Assembly: GCA_040954595.2 (NCBI GenBank) | Contig: CM082576.2 | Coordinates: 13,891,129 to 13,955,128 of the forward strand | Length of the DNA stretch: 64,000 bases | Direction of reading: 5' to 3' | From: Balanoglossus misakiensis | Lineage: Eukaryota > Animalia > Hemichordata | In this document: one piece after another, positions 62,301 through 64,000 of the stretch | Position numbering within the stretch: position 1 is the first letter of the stretch | Layout: every line of letters begins with the position of its first letter | Notes under the pieces: generated by a model | Seen by the model: only the letters and a program-made list of their open reading frames with translations | Databases searched by the model: none | Told to the model about the DNA's origin: nothing | Program-made: the position numbers and the translations under genes

Positions 62301-63298
62301 TCAATTATCATCTACTTTTAGAAATTATAGATGCCGTTTCAAACAAAATTTTGCCCCTACGAGAAATACTGGGGCTTTAACGTAATATATCTCTTATTGT
62401 TGCTTGCTCATTGCAGGGAGGATTTTGCAAAGTCTGGCTTTGCAGATCTGTGTCAGCACATAGGAGCCATTTCTAGCAAATGTGCTATGTTCAACGTCAG
62501 CAAAGAAGAGTTTGTCTGTCTCAAGGCTCTGGTACTTGTCAATTCAGGTAAGTGTACGAACACTTCTGTTGGTACTGAGCAGTGGTGAGTTTTGTCAGCA
62601 GTATGTCATACAAACATATTTAAATTCCCAAATTGCTCGATGATATACAAGTTCTGCATGTAAAAGTTAATGCAAAGAATTTCACCTTTTCATTTGACTG
62701 TAAAGAGGGAATGGCTGTTCATAGCATTTTCTCTATTTTTCACCTTGTGAGTCATATACCAGTATGAGATGCAGTTGTTTCCTGTCAAACACTAAGTGTT
62801 GTATCTGATATAAGATTTCAAATGTTAAGTTTTGTGTAAGATGTTCAAAATTTATGATGGATCATTACAGGGTGCAGCGTTACATATTTCAAAAATATGC
62901 ATGTGTCAAAACAAATACAGAATGCAACTATTGTAGCCTGTCCCACCATATAATATTTCTCTTTTTTTAATCATTGTTCGATTGTAGCAATGGAGTTGCA
63001 AAGCCAAGAGCGACTGCTCAAATTACAAGACGATCTGACGGACGCCCTCAGCGAGGCAGTGGAGCTGACCAGCCCGACTGAAATGAGACGACTCCCCAAG
63101 CTGCTGATGCTGCTCTCGCACCTGCGCCACCTCAGCTGCAAGGGCATCACGCAGTTGTTTGAGGCCAGAAACTCGGGCAATGTGCCACTGTACGATTTAC
63201 TCTTAGAGATGCTGGACGCCAACACCATCGTCCGGCGGCAGCAGAGACAGGCCCAGGAATGGCAACAGGAGATCAAGAAGGAGAATACGTCTAACTAA
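44737..63298 (+). CDS. ESR1: Estrogen receptor (NR3A; ESR1/ESR2 pro-ortholog), 7 coding exons, 602 aa
   Basis: [69 protein letters not shown]; LBD with [39 protein letters not shown]; all phases join (1809 nt). Confidence 0.95.
45794..45852. repeat. perfect AT-rich palindrome, 29-bp arms, 1-nt spacer
   Basis: aaaatgtgtaaataaataaaaatattaat-a-attaatatttttatttatttacacatttt. Confidence 0.95.
47259..47276. promoter_or_regulatory. perfect ERE AGGTCAggcTGACCT overlapping an ERRE (TGACCTTGA)
   Basis: 15-bp consensus IR3 palindrome in the ER intron. Confidence 0.75.
47912..48114. mobile_element. MITE family A copy
   Basis: tactgtaaaacactttattttcgcgag ... ctcgcgaaaataaagtgtttaaatttacagta; shares sequence with the copy at 2025. 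Confidence 0.8.
48880..48914. promoter_or_regulatory. nuclear-receptor element cluster: TGACCT-TGACCT plus AGGTCAtggTAACCT (1-mismatch ERE)
   Basis: Four half-sites in 35 bp. Confidence 0.6.
49918..50099. mobile_element. TA/CAGT-ended MITE, family B, intact ends
   Basis: TA-CAGTCAAACCTGT ... ACAGGTTTGACTG-TA; internal tandem gaccacctctatatagt. Confidence 0.85.
54196..54555. promoter_or_regulatory. nuclear-receptor element cluster
   Basis: TGACCTctaccAGGTCA at 54196, TCAAGGTCA (ERRE) at 54430, GGGTCA at 54448, AGGTTAcgcAGACCT at 54541. Confidence 0.55.
55149..55300. repeat. imperfect palindromic element
   Basis: aatctcaca...tgggataagatttctcatac...attttgtctc pairs with gagtcaaaat...gtgtgagaaatcctatccca...tgtgagatt. 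Confidence 0.65.
55946..56277 (+). CDS. ESR1: ER exon: end of A/B + zinc finger 1 (P-box CEGCKA)
   Basis: ctag/ ... /gtacag, phase 2-1. Confidence 0.95.
56267..56383 (+). repeat. tandem duplication of the exon end/donor plus poly(T)
   Basis: gagtattcaaggtacagta-T44-ctcgct followed by gagtattcaaggtacagta-T23-gctcgct. Confidence 0.9.
57131..57323 (+). repeat. G-rich minisatellite, about 33-bp unit x 6
   Basis: Unit approximately atgagggtggggttgggtggggatatagataca. Confidence 0.85.
57920..58111. mobile_element. MITE family A copy, left end eroded, opposite orientation to 10973
   Basis: ...aaaagaggcaact...gagaataacccgttttacagta. Confidence 0.7.
59106..59222 (+). CDS. ESR1: ER exon: zinc finger 2 (D-box PATNE)
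   Basis: acag/ ... /gtaagt, 117 nt, phase 1-1. Confidence 0.96.
59504..60120. mobile_element. TTAA-flanked MITE with about 230-bp near-perfect TIRs (Kolobok-like)
   Basis: TTAA-AGGGGAAATCCGTCG ... CGACGGATTTCCCCT-TTAA; the same peptide appears on both strands in the ORF track. Confidence 0.9.
60503..60763 (+). CDS. ESR1: ER exon: hinge + LBD helices 1-3
   Basis: ttag/ ... /gtaacc; VRKDRKPGG...[17 protein letters not shown]. Confidence 0.95.
61263..61404 (+). CDS. ESR1: ER exon: LBD helices 4-5 and beta hairpin
   Basis: tcag/ ... /gtaaga; [46 protein letters not shown]; not in ORF track. Confidence 0.94.
61429..61536. repeat. (TG)n/CATG simple repeat; (ACCA)n follows at 61629-61680
   Basis: Direct reading. 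Confidence 0.8.
61771..62380. mobile_element. TTAA-flanked non-autonomous DNA transposon, 18-bp TIR (Kolobok-like)
   Basis: TTAA-AGTCCCAGTATTTCTCGT ... ACGAGAAATACTGGGGCT-TTAA (1 mismatch). Confidence 0.8.
62417..62547 (+). CDS. ESR1: ER exon: LBD helices 6-8
   Basis: gcag/ ... /gtaagt; ...[15 protein letters not shown]. Confidence 0.94.
62988..63298 (+). CDS. ESR1: ER terminal exon: helices 9-12, AF-2, short F domain
   Basis: gtag/ ...[16 protein letters not shown]...[14 protein letters not shown]...TSN*. Confidence 0.95.
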
Positions 63299-64000
63299 AG
63301 GATGTGCCGGACGAGACAATTTTTATTCAAAGCAAAAAGTAGTTGGATTTTGTGCCCCCCGTTTATTAGACTAAGTGTTCGTGAATGTTCATGTCTTGCG
63401 TGTTTTGCTTAAGTATGTTTCAAAAACGTACAGTAGAGTTTATGTCATTCCAGCTCATTGAAAATGTAGAATTAGAAAAAGAAAAGTTGTTTTTCTCCCC
63501 TCCGTTTTAAGCAAAAGCTATCTTTGTATAGGTATTTCAAAATATAATGTATATGTCAAAGTTGTGACATTTTCTGCATTGAAGAGAAGAAGGTAATATA
63601 TATTCTATTTTTATGTCTAAGATGTAAGAACCAATGAAATCTGACTGTTTGTAAACGTTATTCTCTTGCCATTTTTAGCATGGTTTCTTCAATTTCTCAA
63701 GTTGGGCGACATAGTGATATGTAAATTCTTATTGGGGGAGGGGGGTGAGGACGTGAGAGGGGCAAAAATGCCAAGCAGTGTACTTACCGTGAGAGTGAAT
63801 TGTAACTGGAAAACAGTTTAACTTTTAGTACAGAAGTATCAGAAACCCAGTTGTTGAGTGAAGAAGGATTTGAGAATGGGTTTCCTTTAGTATCTCACTC
63901 AATTGGCCAGTTGGGTAAGGACCATGAAAGTGGGTTGTCAATGCTGCACTTAAAAGCTGTTAAGCCATATATGTAGCCTTAGACATTTTTACGTATTGAT

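Overview
AT-rich, intron-rich genomic DNA from an invertebrate bilaterian; the species cannot be fixed from sequence alone. Two + strand genes were rebuilt by hand with GT-AG introns and consistent phases. (1) The 3' part of a giant nesprin (SYNE1/SYNE2 pro-ortholog), 2440-36615: 31 core exons plus 2 candidate cassette exons, about 2,470-2,490 aa. It has spectrin repeats, the adaptive-domain SGRDTPAS/LDWD motif and a terminal KASH domain. (2) About 8 kb downstream on the same strand, a complete estrogen-receptor-type (NR3A) gene: 7 coding exons, 44737-63298, 602 aa. Main observations: all three polar estradiol-anchoring residues of the receptor are changed (hERa E353->Q, R394->K, H524->Q), while the DNA-binding domain and AF-2 helix are intact. 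Its promoter and first coding intron carry a perfect ERE, several near-EREs and ERREs, suggesting autoregulation. The SYNE-ESR linkage of vertebrates is present but head-to-tail. Introns hold several MITE families (TTAA- and TA-flanked), palindromes and simple repeats. No RNA genes, CRISPR arrays or prokaryotic systems were seen.
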